This document shows, one piece after another, positions 17,851 to 27,606 of a stretch of 33,779 nucleotides of DNA. Position 1 is the stretch's first letter, and each line of letters starts with the position of its first letter. Location: the sequence record DRR723986_1723; one strand, 5' to 3'. Below the pieces are notes generated by a model. That model was not told where the DNA came from. It did no database searches and saw nothing but the letters and a program-made list of their open reading frames with translations. Made by a program: the position numbers and the translations under genes.

Positions 17851-19074
17851 GTGAGCGAAACCCAATATGAAATCATCGTCTTTGGCGCCAGCAGTTTCGT
17901 TGGTCAGATTATCTGCGAATACCTGAGCACCTACCAAAGCGAAGACACGCCCTTACGCTGGGCAATGGCGGGGCGGAGCGAGAGTAAACTGCAGGCAACC
18001 CGCGATGCGCTAAGCGGCGAGAAGCCGGACATTATATTGGCAGACTCAAACGACGAGGCATCACTGCGCCAGCTCGTGGAAAAAACCCGTGTTGTTCTCA
18101 GCACCGTTGGCCCCTACGCGCTTTACGGCGAGCCTCTGGTAAAGGTCTGCGCCGAGACTGGCACCGACTACTGCGACCTGACTGGCGAGGTGCACTGGAT
18201 TCGTCAAATGGTGGATCGCTACCAAACCACCGCCCAACAATCCGGCGCGCGTATCGTACATTGCTGCGGCTTTGACTCCATCCCCTCCGACCTCGGCGTC
18301 CTCTTCACGCAGCAGCAATTCGAGCAACGCCACGGCAAACCGAGCAGCGACATTCGTATGCGCGTGAAAGCTGCCAAGGGTGGCTTGTCTGGCGGCACCT
18401 TCGCCAGCTTACTCAACGTAATGAAAGAAGCCTCCAAGGACCCAGCGCTGCGCAAGCAAATGGCCGACCCCTATCTAATTGCTAGCGACGCGTCCTACAG
18501 TGCTCGTCAACGCAACCCAGGCCTGGCCGAACACGACCCCGTTACCGGGCGATGGATGTCACCCTTCATCATGGCGGCAATCAACACCCGCGTGGTTCAC
18601 CGCAGCAATGCCTTACTGGCCTCCAAATATGGCGAAAATTTTCGCTATGAAGAAACCATGCTCACGGGCAAGGGGCTGTCCGGACGCCTCAGCGCCTACG
18701 GTATTGGTAGCGGCCTGGCCGCATTCATGGTTGGCGCAGCGATAAAACCCAGCCGCTGGCTGCTGGAAAAGCTTCTTCCCGCGCCGGGCGAAGGCCCCAG
18801 CCCTGAAGACCAACTGAATGGCTTCTTTGATATGCGCTTCTACGCCCTTGAAGACGGCAGCAGCAAACTGCAGTGCAAGGTGACCGGTGACCGCGACCCC
18901 GGCTATGGCTCAACCGCCAAAATGATCTCTCAAGCTGCACTGTGTTTGGCGCGCGACATCGATGCCAAGCAATGCGGTGGCGGCATCTGGACACCGGCGA
19001 GCAGCATGGGCACCACACTGCAGGGTCGCTTAGAAAGCTACGCTGGATTACGCTTTGATGTTGTGGATGGCTAA
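17851..19074 (+). CDS. Saccharopine dehydrogenase-like oxidoreductase (trans-acting enoyl reductase family)
   Basis: GASSFVG, AGRS, TVGPYALYG, YCDLTGE, CGFDSIPSD, SGGT and DPGYGSTAKM motifs. GTG 17851 follows AAGGAG; ATG 17827 is an alternative start. Confidence 0.9.
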   Translation: MSETQYEIIVFGASSFVGQIICEYLSTYQSEDTPLRWAMAGRSESKLQATRDALSGEKPDIILADSNDEASLRQLVEKTRVVLSTVGPYALYGEPLVKVCAETGTDYCDLTGEVHWIRQMVDRYQTTAQQSGARIVHCCGFDSIPSDLGVLFTQQQFEQRHGKPSSDIRMRVKAAKGGLSGGTFASLLNVMKEASKDPALRKQMADPYLIASDASYSARQRNPGLAEHDPVTGRWMSPFIMAAINTRVVHRSNALLASKYGENFRYEETMLTGKGLSGRLSAYGIGSGLAAFMVGAAIKPSRWLLEKLLPAPGEGPSPEDQLNGFFDMRFYALEDGSSKLQCKVTGDRDPGYGSTAKMISQAALCLARDIDAKQCGGGIWTPASSMGTTLQGRLESYAGLRFDVVDG

Positions 19075-19100
19075 CGCCATTCCATACAGGGAGGGCGAAT

Positions 19101-19520
19101 ATGAAACTGCGCGATATTATGGCCTCACCGGTCGTTACCGTTGAAAGTGACGACCGTTTGAGCACCGTGCGAGAGTTGTTTATGAAGACCCGGTTCCACC
19201 ACCTGCTGGTGGTGGAGGGCGGAAGGCTTAGGGGGAGTATTTCTCAACGGGATCTTGCCGCCGCCATCAGTCCAAACATCGGCACCATGGCGGAACTGCC
19301 TAAAGACCAGGCAACCCTCAATAAGCACGCCCACCAGATCATGCGCAGGCAGCTGCTATGCCTGGCACCTGACGACGATGTTCACGCCGCCATTGCCGCC
19401 TTTAATCGCAACGATATTGCCTGCATCCCCATTGTGGATAGCGCGCAGCTAACCGTCGGCATTGTCAGCTGGAGAGACATATTACGTCGCGCTGAGGAAT
19501 GCGGCTTTAACGGCGACTAA
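19101..19520 (+). CDS. CBS domain-containing protein (AcuB-like)
   Basis: LRDIMASPVVTV, FHHLLVV..LRGSISQRDL and CIPIVD..GIVSWRDIL motifs; GGAGG RBS. Confidence 0.9.
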   Translation: MKLRDIMASPVVTVESDDRLSTVRELFMKTRFHHLLVVEGGRLRGSISQRDLAAAISPNIGTMAELPKDQATLNKHAHQIMRRQLLCLAPDDDVHAAIAAFNRNDIACIPIVDSAQLTVGIVSWRDILRRAEECGFNGD

Positions 19521-19532
19521 TGCGTCGCCGCA

Positions 19533-19916
19533 TCAACCAGAGAACGCACCGGCATCGCGCTCACTTACCCAGATCAACGCTTCATCACGCTGAATTTCCG
19601 TGAAGTGCTCAATCTCTGCATTGGGCATCCAGTGGGTAATCAGCTGCGCGCCGCGGCTGTACCAGCGCGGCTCACCGACCAATGCTGTGCGGGTAATATG
19701 TTTGAAAAAGCGCGCGAGCAATCGCATTTCTTTTAGCAGGCCACGCAAGGTGAAGCCTTTGAAATGCTCTAACTCGATATAAATACCGAGGTATTCCTCG
19801 TTTTCCAGCTTGTGTTCAACAGCGTCATAGATTTCCGCCATGTCGTCGTGATTTACCTTGCCAGACACCTTTACCCCTATTACATGGGAAGAAGGTATTG
19901 GCAGCAGCTCCAACAT
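19533..19916 (-). CDS. SpoIIAA-like (STAS/SEC14 domain) protein
   Basis: VIGVKVSGKVNHDDM, RTALVG and IEHF..RDEALIWV pattern. GGAGG RBS lies 7 nt before ATG 19916; 19919 is an alternative start. Confidence 0.8.
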   Translation of the reverse strand: MLELLPIPSSHVIGVKVSGKVNHDDMAEIYDAVEHKLENEEYLGIYIELEHFKGFTLRGLLKEMRLLARFFKHITRTALVGEPRWYSRGAQLITHWMPNAEIEHFTEIQRDEALIWVSERDAGAFSG

Positions 19917-19965
19917 CATGTTACCTCCGCGAACCATTTCAGGCGGCCTAGACCGCTTACATAAC

Positions 19966-19972
19966 AGTATAG
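19966..19972 (-). promoter_or_regulatory. RpoS-like -10 element CTATACT
   Basis: Exact CTATACT on the minus strand about 50 nt upstream of the SpoIIAA-like gene, with no clear -35. Confidence 0.4.
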
Positions 19973-20019
19973 ATAAGCATTACTGAAATGCGTTCCGCGA
20001 AGCGTGGATATTACCAATC

Positions 20020-20307
20020 TCAGTGATCGCGGCGCTCAGGCTTGGCCTTGGGGTCGAGGATGGAAACGACTCTTACTTCATCTTCATGAGCGAGCGGCGC
20101 TTCGCCAGCCCGGGGTTGATTAACACGGGTCGGCGGCTCGTTGACCGCAACATCATCGTCGCGGATCGACTCTTTAAAACCACAGCGAATACACTCGCGC
20201 ACTTGCTCGACCTCTGAGACGCGGTACATCACGGTTTTATCCATCTCAGCGCACTTGGGGCACACCGCCCCCGCAATAAAACGCCTGGGTTTAAACTCCG
20301 TTGCCAT
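20020..20307 (-). CDS. yheV: YheV family putative zinc-ribbon protein
   Basis: RRFIAGAVCPKC...ECIRCGF. Its start overlaps the prlC 3' end, a conserved linkage. Confidence 0.9.
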   Translation of the reverse strand: MATEFKPRRFIAGAVCPKCAEMDKTVMYRVSEVEQVRECIRCGFKESIRDDDVAVNEPPTRVNQPRAGEAPLAHEDEVRVVSILDPKAKPERRDH

Positions 20308-22345
20308 GCGTGGCCCCTCCTGTATTTACCGCGATGCCGCTGTGCCGCAGTAGCGCGTCATTGGCAGGCTCTCGCCCACGAAACTCAGTAAATAGCAGCG
20401 CCGCATCACGCGCACCGCCTTGTTCCAATATCACCTTGCGGAACCGTAAGCCGGTATCTCTGTCCATCACGCCGCGCTCTTCAAACAGCGAAAAGGCGTC
20501 CGCAGACAACACCTCGGCCCACTTGTAGCTGTAATAACCCGCGGCGTATCCACCGGCAAAGATATGCGAAAAACTGTTTTGAAAACGGTTAAACGCTGGC
20601 GGCCGCAACACGGCAACCTGGTTGCGCACCTCAGCCATCAGGGCATCGATTTGCGACTCACTGGCAATATCCGCCTGCATATGCAGACGGAAATCAAACA
20701 GTGCAAACTCTATCTGGCGCAGCATCTGCATACCCGATTGAAAGTTTTTCGCCGCCAGCAGCTTTTCCAGCAAGGCCTCGGGCAGCGGCTCACCGGTTTG
20801 GTAGTGACCGGAGATATCGGGAATCACGGATTTTTCCCAGCACCAGTTTTCCAAGAACTGACTGGGTAGTTCTACGGCATCCCAAGCCACTCCGTTTATT
20901 CCGGATACGGCGAGGCAGTCTATCTGGCTTAACATGTGGTGAAGGCCGTGACCAAACTCGTGGAAAAGCGTCGTCACCTCATTGTGGGTCAATAACGAAG
21001 GGCGGTCGGCACTCGGCGGCGTAAAGTTGCACACCAGAAAGGCAACGGGGCGCTGCATGTTGCCATCGCCAAGCATCCGCCGCCCCCGGCAGTCTGCCAT
21101 CCACGCACCGCCACGCTTATTGGCGCGGGCGTATAGGTCGAGATAGAACTCCGCAATGGTATCGCCGCCACGACGCAGCGCGAAACACTGCGCATCGTCG
21201 TGCCAGAGTCGTGCCTCTTGCTCGACAATATCCAGGTCGAACAACTCACCCGTTACCTTAAATAAGCCTTCGAGCACACGCTCCACCGGGAAATAGGGAC
21301 GCAGCTCTTCCTGAGACACGGCGTAGCGGGCCTCCCGCAGCTTTTCGCTAAAGTAGGGTACATCCCACGCCTCGAGCTCGTGCTGACCCTGTTCGGCGGC
21401 AAAGTCCTGCAATGCTTTCAGCTCCTGCTCGGCCACGGGTTTACTGGCAGTCGCCAACTCCGACAGAAAACCCAGCACCGCATCACATGACGGCGCCATT
21501 TTGCTCGCCAATGACTTTTCAGCGTAACTGTCAAAACCCAACAGGCGCGCTTGCTCGGCACGCAATTGCAATATCTCCACCATCAGCGGGCCGTTGTCCC
21601 ACTTGGCGCCGCTTGGTGACTGCGCAGAAGCGCGGGTCACGTAGGCCTCGTAGAGCTCACGGCGGATCTCCCGGTTGTCGCAGTACTGCATTACCGGCAA
21701 ATAACTCGGTATGTCCAAACTCAAGCGATAACCTTTTTGGCCCGCCGCCGTTGCGGCAGCGGCGAGGTTATCCAGCGCCGACTCCGGCACACCGGCGAGC
21801 GACTCCGCATCAGCGACAAACTTTTCCCAACCGTCTGTGGCATCCAGTACATGGTTGGAGTAGGCGGTCGACAGCTCACTGAGTCGCTGCTGTATTTCAC
21901 TAAAGCGAGTGGCGCCGTCACCATCCAGAGCAACCCCGGACAGGGTGAAGTCGCGCAGCATATTTTCCACCGCCTTCTGGCGAGCAAATGATAGCTGCTG
22001 AAACTCGTCACGCTCTGACAGCGCCTTCACGCGCTCATAAAGGGGGCGATTCTGACCCATCTCACTGCTGTAAGCCGTCAACAGAGGCAAGCACTTATTG
22101 TAGGCATCGCGCCAGGCATCACCGCTGATCACCGCATGAAGGTGGCTCAAGGGTGCCCAGAACTGCTCAATGCGATCGTTGATCTCTTCCAGCGGCTGCA
22201 TTAGCGATTGCCAGCTGGGCGGCGTATCGCTGGCTAACAGGCCTGCAACATCGGCGCGACTGCGATTAAGCAGTTCCTCGCACTGGGCGGGATAATCGGC
22301 TGGTCGCAATTGAGAAAATTCCGGAAGAGATTGCTCTGCATACAT
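20291..22345 (-). CDS. prlC: Oligopeptidase A (M3 metallopeptidase)
   Basis: KRGGAWM, LFHEFGHGLHH, WDAVELPSQ and HIFAGGYAAGYYSYKWAEVL motifs. Confidence 0.97.
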   Translation of the reverse strand: MYAEQSLPEFSQLRPADYPAQCEELLNRSRADVAGLLASDTPPSWQSLMQPLEEINDRIEQFWAPLSHLHAVISGDAWRDAYNKCLPLLTAYSSEMGQNRPLYERVKALSERDEFQQLSFARQKAVENMLRDFTLSGVALDGDGATRFSEIQQRLSELSTAYSNHVLDATDGWEKFVADAESLAGVPESALDNLAAAATAAGQKGYRLSLDIPSYLPVMQYCDNREIRRELYEAYVTRASAQSPSGAKWDNGPLMVEILQLRAEQARLLGFDSYAEKSLASKMAPSCDAVLGFLSELATASKPVAEQELKALQDFAAEQGQHELEAWDVPYFSEKLREARYAVSQEELRPYFPVERVLEGLFKVTGELFDLDIVEQEARLWHDDAQCFALRRGGDTIAEFYLDLYARANKRGGAWMADCRGRRMLGDGNMQRPVAFLVCNFTPPSADRPSLLTHNEVTTLFHEFGHGLHHMLSQIDCLAVSGINGVAWDAVELPSQFLENWCWEKSVIPDISGHYQTGEPLPEALLEKLLAAKNFQSGMQMLRQIEFALFDFRLHMQADIASESQIDALMAEVRNQVAVLRPPAFNRFQNSFSHIFAGGYAAGYYSYKWAEVLSADAFSLFEERGVMDRDTGLRFRKVILEQGGARDAALLFTEFRGREPANDALLRHSGIAVNTGGATHGNGV

Positions 22346-22486
22346 GAATAAGCACTCACATGATCAAAAAAATGAACAGGTCCTAGCTTAACAGATCGCA
22401 GGCCCAGGCTGGGCCAGAAAGCATGTTCGCCGACCACCCGGCTCGCTACAATAGACACTTCCGTCAGTGTTTCGAGGATCATTGCA

Positions 22487-23065
22487 ATGGGCTACCGCGC
22501 CGAGAACTACACCCGCCGCTTTGAGGGTCATCAACCTCAGTTGGAAGAGGGGGTATTTATCGACCCCAGTGCCGTTGTCATCGGCGATGTCCACATTGGT
22601 CGCGACAGTTCCATTTGGCCGCAAAGCACCGTTCGCGGCGATATGCACAGCATTCATATCGGCGAGCGCTGCAGCATTCAGGACAACAGCGTGTTACACA
22701 TCACCCATGCTGGCCCCTACAACCCCGACGGATATCCGCTGCGCATTGGCGACGACGTGACTGTTGCCCACAGCGTGACGCTGCACGGGTGCGAAATTGG
22801 CAGCCGAGTATTGATCGGCATGGGAAGCATCGTCATGGACGGCGCAATTATCGAAGACGATGTCGTGGTAGCGGCCAACAGCCTGGTACCACCTGGTAAG
22901 CGGCTTGCCAGTGGTCACCTCTATGTCGGCAGCCCCGCTAAAGCTGCCCGGCCGCTGAGCGAAAAGGAAATGCGCTATTTCTGCTACAGCTCGGCGAACT
23001 ACAGCAAGCTAAAAGACCGCCACATCGCTGAATTAGAAGCTGATAGCGCCGGTGTCGACAAGTAG
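22487..23065 (+). CDS. yrdA: Gamma carbonic anhydrase family protein YrdA
   Basis: Hexapeptide repeats, RGD, IQDNSVLH, AHSVTLHGC and GSPAK motifs. Divergent from prlC. Confidence 0.92.
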   Translation: MGYRAENYTRRFEGHQPQLEEGVFIDPSAVVIGDVHIGRDSSIWPQSTVRGDMHSIHIGERCSIQDNSVLHITHAGPYNPDGYPLRIGDDVTVAHSVTLHGCEIGSRVLIGMGSIVMDGAIIEDDVVVAANSLVPPGKRLASGHLYVGSPAKAARPLSEKEMRYFCYSSANYSKLKDRHIAELEADSAGVDK

Positions 23066-24007
23066 ATAAGCCAGATAGCCAAGGTATACCGTCAACAGCA
23101 GCCCGCCCTCGTAGCGGCGGATTTCCGGGGCCCGGCGCGGACCGAAGGCAACGAGGTAGAAGCCCGCTGTTAGCATCAACATCAGCGGGTAGTCGCGGTC
23201 GACGATCGCCATATCAATAGCGCCGGGCGCGATCACGCCGGGCAGCGCCATCACCCCCAGCAAGTTAAATAGGTTTGAGCCGATCACATTGCCAATGGCA
23301 ATGTCGTGCTCGCCCTTGCGCGCCGCGGCGACCGACGCCGCCAACTCGGGCAAACTGGTACCAATGGCCACCACTGTTAGGCCGATCACCAAATCGCTAA
23401 CACCGAATATCTGCGCCAACTCCACCGCTGACCACACCAGCATGCGCGCCGATGCCATCAGTAAAATCAGGCCGACTAACAGCCAGCCCAGGGCAACAGG
23501 CAGCGACATATCCTTGGGAATTTCTTCGGCGTACTCGGCCTCCAAGGCATCGCCGCGGCTGTGCTTGGCTTCCCACAGTTGCCGCAACACTACCGCTAAA
23601 AACCCGCCCAGTAATATGCAGCCATCAGTAAAACCAAGCTCGCCATCGCGCAGCAAAAAATAGCCGCCCAGCATCACCAGCAGCAGCAGGGGAATTTCTC
23701 GGGTTATCAACTTGCTTTGCACGCGCAGCGGGATGTACAGCGCCGTCAGGCCGAGAATCAGCGCAATATTTGTGATATTCGATCCCAGCGCGTTCCCCAC
23801 CGACAGACCGGACTGACCGTCGGCGGCGGCCATTGCCGAGACCAACATTTCCGGTGCAGAGGTACCAATCCCCACCACCAAAATACCTACCACCAGGGTC
23901 GACACACCCAAAATCGACGCCGTCGCCGACGCGCCGATAACAAACCTGTCGGCACTCCACACCAGAATAACCAAACCAAGAATGAGGGTTGTCAGGATCA
24001 ACAGCAT
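23033..24007 (-). CDS. yrbG: Calcium/sodium antiporter (CaCA family, YrbG-like)
   Basis: Two alpha repeats: GTSAPE...GNALGSN and GTSLPE...GNVIGSN. Confidence 0.92.
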   Translation of the reverse strand: MLLILTTLILGLVILVWSADRFVIGASATASILGVSTLVVGILVVGIGTSAPEMLVSAMAAADGQSGLSVGNALGSNITNIALILGLTALYIPLRVQSKLITREIPLLLLVMLGGYFLLRDGELGFTDGCILLGGFLAVVLRQLWEAKHSRGDALEAEYAEEIPKDMSLPVALGWLLVGLILLMASARMLVWSAVELAQIFGVSDLVIGLTVVAIGTSLPELAASVAAARKGEHDIAIGNVIGSNLFNLLGVMALPGVIAPGAIDMAIVDRDYPLMLMLTAGFYLVAFGPRRAPEIRRYEGGLLLTVYLGYLAYLLVDTGAISF

Positions 24008-24032
24008 ACAACAAGGGCCCGCAAAGCAATTT

Positions 24033-24868
24033 TCAGTGAGAAAGGGATTGGCGAATCAACTCAATGACCGGCCGTGTATCAGGGCGAACGCCACGCCAAA
24101 TGCAGAACGACTCCGCGGCCTGCTCGACCAGCATGCCCAGCCCGTCTGATACTGCCCAGGCAGCTTCAGCCGCCGCCCAGCGCATAAACGGGGTGGGCTC
24201 AGCGCCGTACATCATGTCGTAGGCACTGCCTTCGTTGCTGAGTATGTGGGAGGGCAGCGGCGGCAAATCGCCACTCAAACTGGCGCTGGTACCATTGATA
24301 ATTAAATCGAACTGGCGGCCCGGCAAGGCTTCGAAAGGCTGCCCACTCACGGGCCCCAGTTCAGCAAACAACTCGGCCAGGGCCTCGGCTTTTTCCAGGG
24401 TGCGGTTCGCAACCACCAATTCCTCGGGACGCTGCTTTAACAGCGGGCCGAGTGTTCCCCGCACAGCACCGCCGGCGCCGAGCACCAAAATTCGCTTACC
24501 CGCCACTGGCCAGCCGAGATTGTCGTTGATATCGCGCACCATACCCACGCCGTCGGTATTGTCGCCATAGATACGGCCGTCCTCACCACGCGCCAGCGTA
24601 TTCACTGCCCCGGCGCGGCGCGCCCGACCACTGAGTTCGTCGGCAAATTCGAAGGCATCCAGCTTGAAGGGCACGGTGATATTTAGCCCGCGACCACCAT
24701 TGCGAAAGAACTCCGACGCCACTTCAGCGAAACGCCCCAGCTCAACCTTATGCGCCCGATAATGCAGTGCCTGCCCGGTTTGCTCGGCAAACGCCGCGTG
24801 AATTTGCGGGGAGCGACTGTGTTTTATGGGGTTACCAAATACGGCGTATTGATCCACTGCATCCATCA

Positions 24869-24869
<1 letters not shown>
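24033..24869 (-). CDS. aroE: Shikimate dehydrogenase
   Basis: GNPIKHSRSP, NITVPFK, GAVNT, NTDG, LGAGGA and DGLGMLVEQAA motifs. Start 24869 forms a TAATG overlap with hemF; 24866 is an alternative. Confidence 0.96.
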
Positions 24870-25777
<908 letters not shown>

Positions 25778-26344
25778 CTAGGCTGAACGCAGCGTGTCGC
25801 CGCTAAGCGCATCGCGAATACAGCTGGGTTTACGGCGGCCACCGAGGCGACCGGGCAAATAGTAGTTTACGGCGCCGGCAAAATACCGCTCGGCCTGTTG
25901 TTGGCTGCGAGCGGGCTCCAGTGATGCCGGGTTAGCGGAGGTAGACACCAAACATCCACCCACGGCCTTGCATAGGGCAGCGGTGAGGGGATGGTCAGTC
26001 ACTCTTACCGCGACGCTGCTAAAGCGCCCCCTCACCCAACTGGGAGCAAAGCCTTCATCGGGAATCACCCAGGTATAGGGGCCGGGCCAGCTCTCTAATA
26101 CCGCTTCGCGCCGCGAGTCAGGCAGCGGCGCCAACAATGCCTGAAGGCGATCGACGCTGTCGGTAACCAGCAATAGTCCTTTTTCGGGGTCGCGCCGCTT
26201 TAAGGTGCAAATCCGTGCCACCGCGGCGGCATTCTCTGGCACACATGCCAGCCCCCAGACAGCTTCGGTGGGGTGACAAACGACACCACCAGCACGCAGT
26301 AGGTCGGCAGCATAGCGCAATCGATAACGGGATAGTTCTGTCAT
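25778..26344 (-). CDS. tsaC: L-threonylcarbamoyladenylate synthase (Sua5/YrdC)
   Basis: PTEAVWGL, KRR..KGL, WPGP, AVRV and STSAN motifs. ATG 26344 is the probable start. Confidence 0.93.
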   Translation of the reverse strand: MTELSRYRLRYAADLLRAGGVVCHPTEAVWGLACVPENAAAVARICTLKRRDPEKGLLLVTDSVDRLQALLAPLPDSRREAVLESWPGPYTWVIPDEGFAPSWVRGRFSSVAVRVTDHPLTAALCKAVGGCLVSTSANPASLEPARSQQQAERYFAGAVNYYLPGRLGGRRKPSCIRDALSGDTLRSA

Positions 26345-26437
26345 GATAAGCAAGACCCTGCACAGGCAAAGGCCAGCAGTGGGGCGCCGGCAGCGGAAGA
26401 CGCGGCAAAAGTACCCAAAGGCGAACGGCTTTGCAAC

Positions 26438-27550
26438 TTAGCGGCAGCGTTGCCAACCACCACTACACTGTTCAACCCAACCCGCCAGCTCTAATTCGCC
26501 CAGCGCGCTGAGCAACTCCGTTACCGGCAGGGTACTGCGCGCGGCCAGCTGATCGAGTGTAAGCGGCGCAAATTCCAACAGCGCCAGCAACGCAGGCGGC
26601 TCAGCCTCAGGGCTCTCCAGTACGGCACCCGCGAGCCCCGGCGGTAAGCAGGGGAGTTCTTCGACAATGTCCTCTAAGGTCTCGACCAACTTCGCCCCTT
26701 GGCGAATCAAGGCATTGCAGCCGCGACTGGCCGGACTGTGTATCGAGCCAGGCAGGGCAAACACCTCGCGGTTCTGCTCTAAGGCCTGGCGCGCAGTGAT
26801 TAGCGAACCACTTTTGATTGCCGCTTCAATGACCAAAACCCCGAGGCTCATCCCACTGATAATGCGATTTCGACGCGGGAATTGATGGGGCAGGGGCGGG
26901 CTGCCCAGAGGGTACTCGGACAGCACAAGCCCGCCCTCAACCATCGCGTCATAGAGCGCCTTGTTGCGTCGCGGATAGCAGATGTCCACTCCGCAACCCA
27001 GCACCGCGACAGAGGCTGCCGCTTCCTGCATGGCGCCGGCATGGGCCGCGCCATCGACCCCCATTGCCATACCGCTAACCACCGTAATGCCGTGCGCAGA
27101 CAAGGCCTGGGCAAAGGCATGCGCATCTTGCTCGCCACGGCGACTGGGGCGACGACTCCCCACCACCGCAATCATAATGCTCTGCAGCAACTCTCGCCGC
27201 CCCCTCATAAACACGATCGGTGGTGGGTCGACAATCTCGCTTAGAAGCAAAGGGTAGTCTTCATCGGTCAGGCAAACCAACTCGCAATGAGCGTGCTGCT
27301 CCGCCAGTGCGGCGAGGGCGTTGCTATCGCTTAGTACCCCGGCGATACGGTCACGCATCGGCGCGCTCAGCAGCTGTTCACTGCGGGCCTCTTCGCCGTA
27401 GCGCTGCACGACAAACTGCTGAACCTCATCGGCAGAAATTTCCGCCAAGCGACGAGGTTGTCCTGCCAGGCTCATTAAGGCGCGCAGTTGCGCAGGGGGG
27501 ATAGTCAAATGCTGCTGAATCAGCAGCCAAAGAAGGGCATCTGCGTCCAT
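26438..27550 (-). CDS. dprA: DNA-processing protein DprA (Smf)
   Basis: VVGSR, VSGMAMGVDGAAH, FPRRNRIISG, EAAIKSGSLITA and a C-terminal winged-helix-like tail. AAGGA RBS precedes ATG 27550. Confidence 0.95.
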   Translation of the reverse strand: MDADALLWLLIQQHLTIPPAQLRALMSLAGQPRRLAEISADEVQQFVVQRYGEEARSEQLLSAPMRDRIAGVLSDSNALAALAEQHAHCELVCLTDEDYPLLLSEIVDPPPIVFMRGRRELLQSIMIAVVGSRRPSRRGEQDAHAFAQALSAHGITVVSGMAMGVDGAAHAGAMQEAAASVAVLGCGVDICYPRRNKALYDAMVEGGLVLSEYPLGSPPLPHQFPRRNRIISGMSLGVLVIEAAIKSGSLITARQALEQNREVFALPGSIHSPASRGCNALIRQGAKLVETLEDIVEELPCLPPGLAGAVLESPEAEPPALLALLEFAPLTLDQLAARSTLPVTELLSALGELELAGWVEQCSGGWQRCR

Positions 27551-27574
27551 GGTCTGCATCCTTGCCGACAATGG

Positions 27575-27599
27575 CCCGCGCAGCGCAAGGCTACGCGGG
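27575..27599 (-). other. GC-rich intercistronic hairpin between tsaP and dprA
   Basis: Minus strand CCCGCGTAGC-cttgc-GCTGCGCGGG forms a 10-bp stem with one G-U pair and has no U tract. Confidence 0.5.
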
Positions 27600-27606
27600 G
27601 GAGTAG

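Noticed and set aside
22346..22486. Expected sigma32 promoter for prlC
   Set aside because: No TTGAA-N13/14-CCCCAT match was found on the minus strand in this gap.
26355..26437. GCACAGGCAAA...GACGC stretch vaguely like a c-di-GMP-I riboswitch
   Set aside because: It lacks the GNRA tetraloop stem and the GACGCAAAG junction, and lies on the strand opposite the flanking genes.
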